The position numbers and the translations under genes were made by a program. 64,000 bases of DNA from an uncultured Acidobacteriota bacterium. Its GTDB lineage: Bacteria > Acidobacteriota > Vicinamibacteria > Vicinamibacterales > UBA8438. Below the pieces are notes generated by a model, which had not been told where the DNA came from, made no database searches, and was given only the letters and a program-made list of their open reading frames with translations. Positions 53,301 through 64,000 of the stretch are shown piece after piece (the stretch's first letter is position 1; every line of letters starts with the position of its first letter). The stretch covers positions 239,690-303,689 of the forward strand of contig CAJWLU010000002.1 in the NCBI GenBank assembly GCA_913043225.1, read 5' to 3'.

Positions 53301-53383
53301 GGCGCCATTCTACCTGTCCACGTCCGGTGGGAAGGGCGGTGCAGTAGGATGGCTCCACGGTTCGAAGAAGAGAGGAGCACCCG

Positions 53384-55267
53384 ATGTCAGTGGGCGGTCG
53401 AGCGGTAGTGACGATTATCGTTGTAAGCCTGGCCGGATGCGGAGCCGAGGGGGGCGATGGCGGGCTCGCCTTCGACGTGCACGAGCGGTCGATCGCCGAG
53501 CTGCAAGCCGCGATGGCTGCCGGAGAGGTGACCGCCCGCGGGCTGGTCGAAGGCTATCTTCAGCGAATCGACTCGTTCGATCTACAGGGGCCGGCCCTGA
53601 ACGCTATGGTCTCGCTCAATCAGGAGGCGTTGGCACGGGCGGATCAGTTGGACGCCGATCGAGCGGCTGGCCAGCTGCGTGGTTCGCTGCACGGGATTCC
53701 CGTGGTCGTCAAAGATAACTACGACACCGCCGACATGCCGACCAGCGCCGGCGCGATCGCGCTGGCCACCTCGTTCCCGCCCGACGATGCCTTCCAGGTA
53801 AGGCGTCTGCGCGACGCCGGGGCGATCGTGCTGGGCAAGACCAACATGCACGAGCTGGCCCGCGGTATCACGACGGTCAGTTCTGTGTTCGGACAGACCC
53901 GCAACCCGTACGATCCGGATCGCAACCCGGGAGGCTCGAGCGGCGGAACGGGCGCCGCCGTGGCGGCCAGCTACGCCGCGGCCGGTATGGGCAGTGATAC
54001 CTGCGGGTCGATCCGGATTCCATCCGCCCACCATGCTCTGGTGGGGCTGCGTGGCACCCGAGGGCTGGCAAGCGGCGACGGCATTGTACCGCTGTCGACC
54101 ACCCAAGATATCGGTGGACCGCTGGCACGCTCGGTCGAGGACCTAGCCATTGTGCTCGACGCCACGGTGGGCGAGGATCCCGCCGACGAGACGACGGCCC
54201 GGAGCGCCGGGAGGATTCCTCCCAGTTATAGCGATGCGCTCGCCGGCGCCAGTCTCAGCGGCGTCCGGGTGGCCGTCATTGAGGAGTTGATGGGAGAGGG
54301 TGGCGCGGAACGGCCGGTGCGAGAAGTTATCGAAGCGGCGGTGGAAGCGATGGTGGCGGCTGGAGCTGAGCAGATTGAGATTCCAGACCCCGAGTTCGGC
54401 GATCTGCTTCAAGGAGCCTCACTCATCGGGCTGGAGTTCAAGATCGACTTCGACAACTATCTCGCTGACACGCCGGACGCTCCGGTGCGCTCGCTGGAAG
54501 AACTGGTCGAGCTGGGTCTGTATCACGATGTGCTCGGCACCATGGAGAGCTCGCTCGAGGTGGAGAGCCTGGACACCGACGACTACCGTACCCGGCTGGA
54601 GCGACGGGAAGCGGCACGCGAGGCCGTCGAGACCGTGCTCGACGCCCACGATTTGACCGCGCTTATCTATCCCACCATCCGACAGACGGCCCGTCCCATT
54701 GGCCAGGGGCAGCCGGGCAGCAATTGTGCGTTGAGCGCGGTCTCCGGGCTACCGGCGATCTCGGTCCCGGCTGGTTATGCGCCAGACGGGATGCCGGTGG
54801 GAATGGAGATGATCGGCCGCGAGTTCGCCGAGCTTGAGCTGCTCCGAGTGGCCTACGCCTTCGAGCAGGAGACGGACCATCGCCGTCCGCCGGCCAGTAC
54901 GCCCAGCCTTGTGACGCCGCCTGAACCGGTGGTGGTCGAAGTAGGGGGCACCGGAGACCATGGCGCTGGCTTTGTGGCCCGCCTCGAGCTCGACGAGACT
55001 ACCCGCACCTTGCGTTTCGGCGTGAGCGCATTCGGTCTGTTCAGCGAGGATGTGCTCTTCACCCACATCCATCGCACGCAGGGCGATGGAGCTGGCCCCG
55101 TGGTCCACCTGCTCGGTGGACGCGGCCAACCCCGCGTGTCAGGTACGCTGAATCTTTCGGCCACCGATCTCGAACGGCTCAAGGCGGGCGAACTCTACGT
55201 AGACCTGCATACGGTCGAGAATTTCTATGGTCTACGGGTGGATATTAAGTGGGCGGGCGGGGAGTAA
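53384..55267 (+). CDS. Amidase-signature family lipoprotein with C-terminal CHRD domain
   Basis: Lipobox LAGC; VVKD, GGSSGG, GSDTCGSIRIP (Ser-Ser-Lys triad); C-terminal THIH...GPVV...LYVDLHT. Confidence 0.9.
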   Translation: MSVGGRAVVTIIVVSLAGCGAEGGDGGLAFDVHERSIAELQAAMAAGEVTARGLVEGYLQRIDSFDLQGPALNAMVSLNQEALARADQLDADRAAGQLRGSLHGIPVVVKDNYDTADMPTSAGAIALATSFPPDDAFQVRRLRDAGAIVLGKTNMHELARGITTVSSVFGQTRNPYDPDRNPGGSSGGTGAAVAASYAAAGMGSDTCGSIRIPSAHHALVGLRGTRGLASGDGIVPLSTTQDIGGPLARSVEDLAIVLDATVGEDPADETTARSAGRIPPSYSDALAGASLSGVRVAVIEELMGEGGAERPVREVIEAAVEAMVAAGAEQIEIPDPEFGDLLQGASLIGLEFKIDFDNYLADTPDAPVRSLEELVELGLYHDVLGTMESSLEVESLDTDDYRTRLERREAAREAVETVLDAHDLTALIYPTIRQTARPIGQGQPGSNCALSAVSGLPAISVPAGYAPDGMPVGMEMIGREFAELELLRVAYAFEQETDHRRPPASTPSLVTPPEPVVVEVGGTGDHGAGFVARLELDETTRTLRFGVSAFGLFSEDVLFTHIHRTQGDGAGPVVHLLGGRGQPRVSGTLNLSATDLERLKAGELYVDLHTVENFYGLRVDIKWAGGE

Positions 55268-55310
55268 AGAGCCGCTTGGTCGGCTTTGGGCTGTAACCCG
55301 GCCGGGAAAC

Positions 55311-56846
55311 CTAGAGCATCAGCCGGGAGCCGGGCCCCACCGGGAGCCCGAGGGTCATCCAGATCATCAGTAGTATCGACCAGACGATCAGGAAGGCGAT
55401 GGTGTAGGGGAGCATGGTGGCCACCACTGTGCCGATGCCAGACTTCTTGTCGTAGCGTTCGAAGAACGCCACGATCAGTGCGAAGTAGGACATCATCGGC
55501 GCGATGATGTTCGAGGTGCTATCGCCGACCCGGTAGGCGGTCTGGGTCAGCTCCGGGGTGTAGCCGAGCAACATGAACATCGGGACGAACACCGGGGCCA
55601 TGATTGCCCACTTGGCCGACGCGCTGCCCATGAACAGGTTGATGAACGACGTCAGCAGTACGAAGCTGAGCATCAACGGGATGCCGCCCAGACCTGAGCT
55701 GCGCAGGGCGTCGGCCCCCTTCACGGCCACGATTAGTCCCAAGTTGGTCCAGTTGAAGTAGGCGACAAACTGGGCGGCGAAGAACACCAGCACGAGATAC
55801 GAGCCGAGAGTGCTGATGGTTTTGCCCATGCCGTTCATGACGTCGCTGTCGCTCTTGAAGGCGCCGGTCGTCACCCCGTAGGCCACCCCGACCAGGGTGC
55901 CCCCAAAGAAGATGAACGCCACGATGCCGGACAGGAACGGCGAACGCAGCAGCCCGCCGGTCTCCGGGTTTCGCAAGGCGCCGTCGGCCGGCAGCGTGCC
56001 CCACAGCAACAGGAGGACGAACACGCCCATGGCGGCCAGCGCGGCCAGCAGGCCCAGGCGCTCGGTTGGCGACACCGCGCGCATGGCGTTCTCATCGTTC
56101 TCACCCTCGTCGCCCTCATAGGGGCCGAGTCGTGGAATGACGATGCGTTCGGTCACCCAGGTGCCGGCTCCGGCGATAAGGAACGTCGATACCACCATGA
56201 AGTAGTAGTTGGCGGCGGCGTTGACCCTGTAGCTGTCGTCGATGATGCGGGCGGCCTCCTCCGACAGGCCGGCCAGCAGCGGGTCAATCGTGCCGAGCAG
56301 CAGGTTGGCACTGTAGCCGCCGGATACCCCGGCGAAGGCTGCAGCCAGTCCCGCCATCGGGTGCCGTCCCGCGCCTAGGAAGATGATGCCGCCCAGCGGC
56401 ACCAGCAGGACGTAGCCGATCTCGCTGGCCGTGTTCGACAACACTCCAGCTAGTACCAGTATGAATGTCAGCAGGCGTTTCGGGGCCGACAGCACCAGGA
56501 GACGGAGTGCGGCGCCGATCAGACCGCTGGCCTCCATTACCCCGATGCCGAGCATCGCCACCAGCACGGTGCCAAGCGGGGCGAAGTTCGTGAAGTTAGT
56601 GACCATTTCGGTCAAGATCCGGTGCAGTCCCTCCACTGACGCCAGGCTGATCGGGCGGATCAGCTCTCCCGTGCCTGGATGGATCACCTCGAGTCCGCTC
56701 CGGGCCGCGATCGCCGAGATCACCACCACCACGCCGGCCAGGAGGGCGAAGAGGGTCGCCGGGTGCGGCAGGGCATTGCCGCCCCGTTCGACGGTGGCTA
56801 GGAACACGTTCATGACCCGGCTAAGAAGGGCGGTTCGCTGGCTCAT
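55311..56846 (-). CDS. AbgT family transporter
   Basis: [42 protein letters not shown]. Start 56846 or 56876. Confidence 0.95.
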   Translation of the reverse strand: MSQRTALLSRVMNVFLATVERGGNALPHPATLFALLAGVVVVISAIAARSGLEVIHPGTGELIRPISLASVEGLHRILTEMVTNFTNFAPLGTVLVAMLGIGVMEASGLIGAALRLLVLSAPKRLLTFILVLAGVLSNTASEIGYVLLVPLGGIIFLGAGRHPMAGLAAAFAGVSGGYSANLLLGTIDPLLAGLSEEAARIIDDSYRVNAAANYYFMVVSTFLIAGAGTWVTERIVIPRLGPYEGDEGENDENAMRAVSPTERLGLLAALAAMGVFVLLLLWGTLPADGALRNPETGGLLRSPFLSGIVAFIFFGGTLVGVAYGVTTGAFKSDSDVMNGMGKTISTLGSYLVLVFFAAQFVAYFNWTNLGLIVAVKGADALRSSGLGGIPLMLSFVLLTSFINLFMGSASAKWAIMAPVFVPMFMLLGYTPELTQTAYRVGDSTSNIIAPMMSYFALIVAFFERYDKKSGIGTVVATMLPYTIAFLIVWSILLMIWMTLGLPVGPGSRLML

Positions 56847-56904
56847 GGCGTTCGGGGGAGGTGTCCGCTGGCCCATGCTATCCTACCCGCTCTCACCAGC
56901 TTCC

Positions 56905-57306
56905 ATGCCCCCCATTGACCCTCCGACCGGTAGTCCAGCCAGTCAGCGTGCGACGGCCGAGGCCGTAGGGGCGACGGCGACGCGCCGGCATCTCCTGCTG
57001 TGTTGCGACCAGACCAAGCCGAAGTGTTGCGACCGCGACCGCAGCCTGGTCGCCTGGGACTACTTGAAGCGTCGTTTGTCTGTACTGGGGCTCTCTGAGC
57101 GGGGGGGTGTGTTTCGCACCAAGGCGAACTGCCTTCGGGTGTGCGAAGGTGGGCCGATCGCTGTCGTCTACCCCGAGGGCGCCTGGTACCGCGAGTGTGA
57201 CCCACCCGTGCTCGAGCGTATCATCCAGGAACACCTGATCGGCGGCCAGATTGTGGACGAAGTCTGTTTCCTGCGGCATCCCCTCGACCCCGGCCCCCCA
57301 GCCTGA
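56905..57306 (+). CDS. Thioredoxin-like [2Fe-2S] ferredoxin
   Basis: HLLLC...[32 protein letters not shown]. Confidence 0.88.
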   Translation: MPPIDPPTGSPASQRATAEAVGATATRRHLLLCCDQTKPKCCDRDRSLVAWDYLKRRLSVLGLSERGGVFRTKANCLRVCEGGPIAVVYPEGAWYRECDPPVLERIIQEHLIGGQIVDEVCFLRHPLDPGPPA

Positions 57307-57465
57307 CGTTTCTGTATCCAGACGCCACGGCGTTGGCTCCGAATCGCCGTCAGGACACACAAGATCGCTATCCCGGACCACGATTTCGTTACCGGTGTCG
57401 CCGGTGCGGCCAATACTGGACAGTTGGTCTGGAAGCGTCAGAGTGGAAGTCTCTCCAGGGTTGCT

Positions 57466-57493
57466 TTTAAGTGATTGTGAATAAATGATTTAC
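57466..57493. promoter_or_regulatory. AT-rich IHF-like/DNA-bending element
   Basis: TTTAAGTGATTGTGAATAAATGATTTAC; minus strand contains CAA-N4-TTA; related copy at 59452-59479. Confidence 0.4.
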
Positions 57494-57520
57494 AAAAACT
57501 TTTCCGCCGATGAGTATTCT

Positions 57521-57536
57521 CGGCCTACAAATTGCA
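57521..57536 (+). promoter_or_regulatory. Putative sigma54 (-24/-12) promoter
   Basis: CGGCCTACAAATTGCA: GG at 57522-57523, exactly 10 nt, GC at 57534-57535 within TTGCA. Confidence 0.55.
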
Positions 57537-57546
57537 CAAGGGAGGT

Positions 57547-57715
57547 AGCGTGCGCCTCTACGGCCCCGAGCGCAGGTTACGACCTGAACCGAAGCCGTCG
57601 AGACGACGCCCGATCTCAAAGCCTCCGGTCGAGGCCAGTCGGTTGCCAATCGGCTGCGTCGACGACCGCAACCTCTAAAGCCCTCCGCAACCCGGTGGCC
57701 GATAAGGCCACCGGG
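57547..57715 (+). ncRNA. Candidate small RNA (alternatively a 42-aa ORF at 57550-57678)
   Basis: Five short hairpins and two AAAGC(C)CTCC motifs between the sigma54-like promoter and a perfect 10-bp terminal hairpin. Confidence 0.5.
57691..57715 (+). terminator. Perfect GC-rich hairpin, probable transcript 3' end
   Basis: CCCGGTGGCC-GATAA-GGCCACCGGG; the following U-tract is poor (ACCTACCTTGT). Confidence 0.5.
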
Positions 57716-57737
57716 ACCTACCTTGTATGCTGGCCGA

Positions 57738-57767
57738 TTGACAACGCTCGGGCTGCATGGCTACTGT
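57738..57767 (+). promoter_or_regulatory. Sigma70-type promoter giving a probably leaderless mRNA
   Basis: TTGACA-N18-TACTGT, then 6 nt to ATG 57774. Confidence 0.55.
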
Positions 57768-57773
57768 GCCCGG

Positions 57774-58673
57774 ATGACTTTGCAGGGTGTCTATGCGCCG
57801 GTGCCGACCCCGTTCGGCGCCGATGGGGAACTGGATCTCGACGGCTGGCGGGGGAACCTTGACCGCTGGATGAACACGGGCCTCGATGGGCTGGTGGTGC
57901 TCGGGTCGAACGGCGAGGCGCCCTATGTCGACGACGATGAGGCGGATCGGTTGATCGCCGTGGCGCGAGAGCGGATTCCGTCCGGGCGGCTGCTGATTAC
58001 TGGTACCGGTCGGCAGTCGACGCGAAGCACCATCGCCGCCTCGCGGCGAGCGGCTGCGGCTGGCGCCGATGCAGTGCTCGTTCGCACCCCGTCCTTGTTC
58101 AAGAGCCAGTTCACGAGCACCACCTTCACCCAGCACTTCAACGCCGTGGCCGACGCGTCGCCGGTGCCCGTGGTCCTCTACAACTTCTCGGCACTGACTG
58201 GAGTCACGTTGCCGGTCGAGGTGGTCGCTGCGCTGTCGACCCACGACAACATCGTAGGCATCAAGGAGTCAGGTCCAGATATGAGCTATGTCGGCGACCT
58301 GGTCGGTCTCGCGCCGGAGAGATTTAGTGTCCTCGTGGGGTCCGCGCCGACCTTCCTCACCAGTCTGCTGCTTGGCGCAGATGGCGGCATCCTCGCCCTG
58401 GCGGCGGTGGCGCCCGAAGCGTGTCTGCGGCTGTTCACCCTGGTCAGACAGGGACAGCTCGACGAGGCGCGAGAGCAGCAACGGCAGATTGTGCCGATCG
58501 CCAAGCTGGTTGGGTCGATCTACGGCATCGCTGGGCTCAAGGCTGCGCTCGAGGTTCGCGGGTTTGTGGGAGGCGCGCCGCGACTGCCGCTCGAAGCGGT
58601 GGGCGACGAGGCGCGAGGGCGTCTGGAAGCCCAGCTCAGTCTGTTGTCGGCGGCGACGCCTGTCACTGCCTGA
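57774..58673 (+). CDS. Dihydrodipicolinate synthase family aldolase (HOGA-like)
   Basis: PTPF, GSNGE (not GTTGE), LYNF, Schiff-base lysine in GIKES. Confidence 0.88.
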   Translation: MTLQGVYAPVPTPFGADGELDLDGWRGNLDRWMNTGLDGLVVLGSNGEAPYVDDDEADRLIAVARERIPSGRLLITGTGRQSTRSTIAASRRAAAAGADAVLVRTPSLFKSQFTSTTFTQHFNAVADASPVPVVLYNFSALTGVTLPVEVVAALSTHDNIVGIKESGPDMSYVGDLVGLAPERFSVLVGSAPTFLTSLLLGADGGILALAAVAPEACLRLFTLVRQGQLDEAREQQRQIVPIAKLVGSIYGIAGLKAALEVRGFVGGAPRLPLEAVGDEARGRLEAQLSLLSAATPVTA

Positions 58674-58851
58674 GCTCCCGTCCAATCGGCTTCGCTTCTA
58701 CGCGGTTAGACAGGGCGACACCTGGCAGTCGATCGCCCAGGGGGCGGGGCAGGACATCTTGCCGCCTGAGACGCTGGCCGTCATGAACGGGTTTCCGGTT
58801 AACGAACAGCCGAGGTCGGGAAACCGGGTGAAGGTCGTGCAGTCTGGGTAG
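58674..58851 (+). pseudogene. Orphan C-terminal LysM-like fragment (probable M48 peptidase tail)
   Basis: NRLRFYAVRQGDTWQSIA...TLAVMNG...PRSGNRVKVV*; no start codon ahead of the domain. Confidence 0.55.
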
Positions 58852-58865
58852 GAAACCCGATCGTG

Positions 58866-59396
58866 CTAGGGAGCGCCAACCTGGACCGAGTCGATCACGC
58901 GGCGTGCTCCGAGAAATCGCTGGGACCAGTAGCTCGAGTTCAGACGTTCGACACGTACCTGTCCTCGCTCGGAGGGAGCGTGTATGAACTCGTCGCCACC
59001 GATGGACAGGGCGACGTGTGAGGCGCCCGGGGCGACGGTGGTGAAGAAGAGGAGATCACCGGTTTCGATGTCGTCCGGGTCTAGCGGTTTCCCGACACGA
59101 TATTGGTCGGCCGCCAGACGCGGCAACTCGACCCCGTGTTGTTCGAAGATATAGCGAGTGAACCCGCTGCAGTCGAATCCGGCCGGCGTGGTTCCGCCGT
59201 CGACATACGGGACCCCACGCAGATCGCGCGCGGTCGAGCTCACCGCATAGGGATCCACCGGTCGGAGTAGTCCGGTCGGCCGAGAGGTCGACACGGTATT
59301 TCCTACGGTCGGGAACGGCGCCGGCACCGTCCCGTGGTGCGCGGCGCATCCGGTCGCTGTCAGTGCCGCCACCACGCTCGAGAGCACTCGCTTCAT
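58866..59396 (-). CDS. NlpC/P60 (C40) cell-wall peptidase, lipoprotein
   Basis: Lipobox-like LTATGC; GVPYVDGG..PAGFDCSGF, GDLLFF, SHVAL, FIHAP. Confidence 0.93.
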   Translation of the reverse strand: MKRVLSSVVAALTATGCAAHHGTVPAPFPTVGNTVSTSRPTGLLRPVDPYAVSSTARDLRGVPYVDGGTTPAGFDCSGFTRYIFEQHGVELPRLAADQYRVGKPLDPDDIETGDLLFFTTVAPGASHVALSIGGDEFIHAPSERGQVRVERLNSSYWSQRFLGARRVIDSVQVGAP

Positions 59397-59495
59397 TGAG
59401 ATACTTATCGGTCGGTTCGCCATACCGAGTCTATTGAAACTGCTTTAGTTCTTTAAGCTATTTATTTGCAGTTATTTACGACGAAATTGCACAGC

Positions 59496-59525
59496 TTGAC
59501 ACCTGGTAAGCAGCTCGGTCACAAT
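59496..59525 (+). promoter_or_regulatory. Putative sigma70 promoter upstream of the HNH gene
   Basis: TTGACA-N18-CACAAT. Confidence 0.35.
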
Positions 59526-59720
59526 GCCCTAAGCGGGTCTCGCGACCTCGACACCACGGCGACCGCCGATTCATCCCGTCTTACGGTGTTATTTGTTGGT
59601 CGCATGCTCCCGGTATACTCGCGCTTGGCGATCCTGGCGCCTCGACGTTCGACGCGGCGCCGTGGTTGTGACATGGACTCTTCGATACTCGCACCGACAT
59701 ATCAACGAGTCTGGCCGACG

Positions 59721-60254
59721 ATGGAGCACACTCTGCTGCTCAACGCGACCTACGAGCCACTGAAGGTCGTGGACTGGCGAAAGGCGATCACCCTGTGGTG
59801 TCAGGGGAAGGTCGAGGTGATCTCGGTTTACGACCGGGAGGTCCGTTCGGTCTCGGTCTCAGTCAAGCTGCCGTCGGTGATCCGGTTGCTGCGCTACATC
59901 AGGATCAAGCGCCACTTCAACCTGGTGCCGTTCTCGCGCGCAAACATCTATGCTCGCGACGACCACACCTGCCAGTACTGTGCTCAGGCGTTTCCGGTCG
60001 ACCGTCTCACTTTCGATCATGTGGTACCGGTCCGGTATGGCGGGCGGAAGGACTGGGAGAACATCGTGACCGCTTGTGTCCGGTGCAACCGTCGCAAGGG
60101 GGGACGGACCCCGGCCGAGGCCGGGATGCGCATTATCCGCATGCCCCGCCGGCCGGTGCGTCCGGCAACCGTCCGGATTGCCGTCGGTCGTCGGGAGGCG
60201 CCAGAAAGCTGGCGAGACTATCTGTACTGGAACGTCAAGCTCGACGAGAGCTAG
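59721..60254 (+). CDS. HNH endonuclease (McrA-like, stand-alone)
   Basis: LLLNATYEPL, PSVIRL, RD..TCQYC, TFDHVVP...GG...WENIVTACVRCNRRKG. Confidence 0.92.
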   Translation: MEHTLLLNATYEPLKVVDWRKAITLWCQGKVEVISVYDREVRSVSVSVKLPSVIRLLRYIRIKRHFNLVPFSRANIYARDDHTCQYCAQAFPVDRLTFDHVVPVRYGGRKDWENIVTACVRCNRRKGGRTPAEAGMRIIRMPRRPVRPATVRIAVGRREAPESWRDYLYWNVKLDES

Positions 60255-60349
60255 GCGATAGTCTCTATTAGGCCGCCGCGCAATCAGCCTGCCGGGCTCG
60301 TATGGCGCGCCCGGCGGGGGGGTTGGGGCGACGCTCCATGGAAGCTTAG

Positions 60350-61369
60350 TTGTCTACGTCGCCATCAGAGATCACGTCGGTGCATCCGCTTGCCGCGGTG
60401 GCCGGAGGACGCGTCACGGTCCGAGGTTCTGGCGTTGGTGCGTTCAATGGCACCGGGCCCGAGGTTCTGTTGGGCGACCGCCTCGCCCGTGTCGTGTACG
60501 CCGATCCGGATCGAGTCGTGTGCCAGGTGCCGTCCGGGTTGCCGGGGGGGTCGACGCCGTTGCGGCTGTCTGGCTCGCCCGGCGCTACTGCCTACCTCGA
60601 GGTGGGCGCTGCTGTGGCGACCGGTGTCCACCAGGTCGACAGCCCTGTGCTCGATGGCGACGGCACGCTCTACCTCACCTACAGCGGCACCCGCGGCGAC
60701 GAGTCGCCCGTATCGATCTTCCGACTCAGGCAGGACGCCTACCGGGAGCCGTTTGTCACCGGACTGACCAATCCCACGTCGATGGCGCTGCATCCCGATG
60801 GTCAGCTGTTCGTGTCTAGCCGGTTCGATGGCGCCGTCTACGCGGTCGACGAGTCGGGGAAGATTGCCCAGGTGGCCGCTGACCTGGGGGTGGCTTGTGG
60901 CCTGGCGTTCGGCGCTGACGGGCGGCTGTATGTGGGCGACCGATCCGGCACGGTCTTCGAGATTGATACCGCGGGCAAGGTGAGAAGGTTCGCTTCGCTG
61001 CCTCCGAGCGTGGCGGCGTTTCATCTGGCGATGGCGCCAGACGGTGTGTTGTTCGCCACGGCGCCCACCCTGTCGACTCGGGATGCGGTGTATGCCATCG
61101 ACCCGCACGGCGAGGTGTCGATCGTATGCCGCACGTTTGGCCGTCCGCAGGGGATGGGCGTCGATGCCCACGGTGCACTCCACGTGGTCGAGGCGCTCGC
61201 TGGGGCCAGCGGGCTCTACCGGCTGATCGCCGACGGCGAGACCGAACAGGTGGTTGCGGCGTCCTCTCTGGTCGGGGTCGCGTTCGACGAAGCCGGAGGT
61301 GCGGTGGTCGTTTCAGGCGACACCGCATACCGTTTCGACCGTTTGCCGCGGTCTTCGCACGCCGCGTGA
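60350..61369 (+). CDS. IPT/TIG domain + NHL/SMP-30-like beta-propeller protein
   Basis: EITSVHP...GGRVTVRGSG (IPT); repeated P..MA..PDG.L(F/Y)V blades; TTG start. Confidence 0.8.
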   Translation: MSTSPSEITSVHPLAAVAGGRVTVRGSGVGAFNGTGPEVLLGDRLARVVYADPDRVVCQVPSGLPGGSTPLRLSGSPGATAYLEVGAAVATGVHQVDSPVLDGDGTLYLTYSGTRGDESPVSIFRLRQDAYREPFVTGLTNPTSMALHPDGQLFVSSRFDGAVYAVDESGKIAQVAADLGVACGLAFGADGRLYVGDRSGTVFEIDTAGKVRRFASLPPSVAAFHLAMAPDGVLFATAPTLSTRDAVYAIDPHGEVSIVCRTFGRPQGMGVDAHGALHVVEALAGASGLYRLIADGETEQVVAASSLVGVAFDEAGGAVVVSGDTAYRFDRLPRSSHAA

Positions 61370-61450
61370 TAACATCGAGGGTTTGGACCGGCGGCCGAAG
61401 GCGCCACCCTGTGGTCTGGTCTTCGCCGTGGCTGGCCGGTCGGGCTCGTC

Positions 61451-64000
<2,550 letters not shown>

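Noticed and set aside
57590..57650. c-di-GMP-I riboswitch (CAAAGCCTCCGG and GGTTGCC similarity)
   Set aside because: The GCAAACC...GGGACGC P2 element and the tetraloop receptor are missing; an Infernal check is still worthwhile.
57774..58673. Naming this gene dapA
   Set aside because: GSNGE and LYNF replace the GTTGE and YNVP.RT motifs of true DHDPS.
59466..60254. HNH protein as an IscB/HEARO or other RNA-guided nuclease
   Set aside because: Only about 177 aa, no PLMP or RuvC motifs, no repeat array; fits the common stand-alone McrA-like family. The 59466 TTG start runs through promoter-like DNA.
60288..60318. Hairpin after the HNH gene as a terminator
   Set aside because: 10-bp GC stem but no U-tract on either strand.

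Overview
GC-rich (about two-thirds GC by eye), densely coding bacterial chromosome segment with about 45 protein genes. I saw no rRNA, tRNA, CRISPR array, IS element, integrase or prophage gene. Gene content (DUF1592/DUF1552/ankyrin cassette, tandem PQQ-like propellers, M28-PA peptidases, TonB receptor with a carboxypeptidase-like N-domain) suggests a diderm heterotroph, most plausibly Acidobacteriota (Vicinamibacteria-like); this placement is inference only. Recognisable genes include a topo IV-like type IIA topoisomerase pair, acs, hflX, ggt, glcB, pxpA, apaG, aat, an AbgT transporter and uvrA (truncated by the window end). The most interesting unexplained signals are: (1) a candidate sigma54-driven ~170-nt structured small RNA at 57547-57715 with an AT-rich IHF-like element upstream and a terminal hairpin; (2) a TonB-dependent receptor followed by two paralogous lipoproteins of an unrecognised family; (3) a ~190-nt pseudoknot-capable intergenic element at 20621-20809; (4) the uncharacterised DUF1592-DUF1552-ankyrin periplasmic cassette; (5) many genes with a -10 box 6-8 nt before the start codon (probable leaderless mRNAs); (6) at least five short gene remnants suggesting erosion by deletion. 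All family calls come from motif recognition by eye; no database searches were run.
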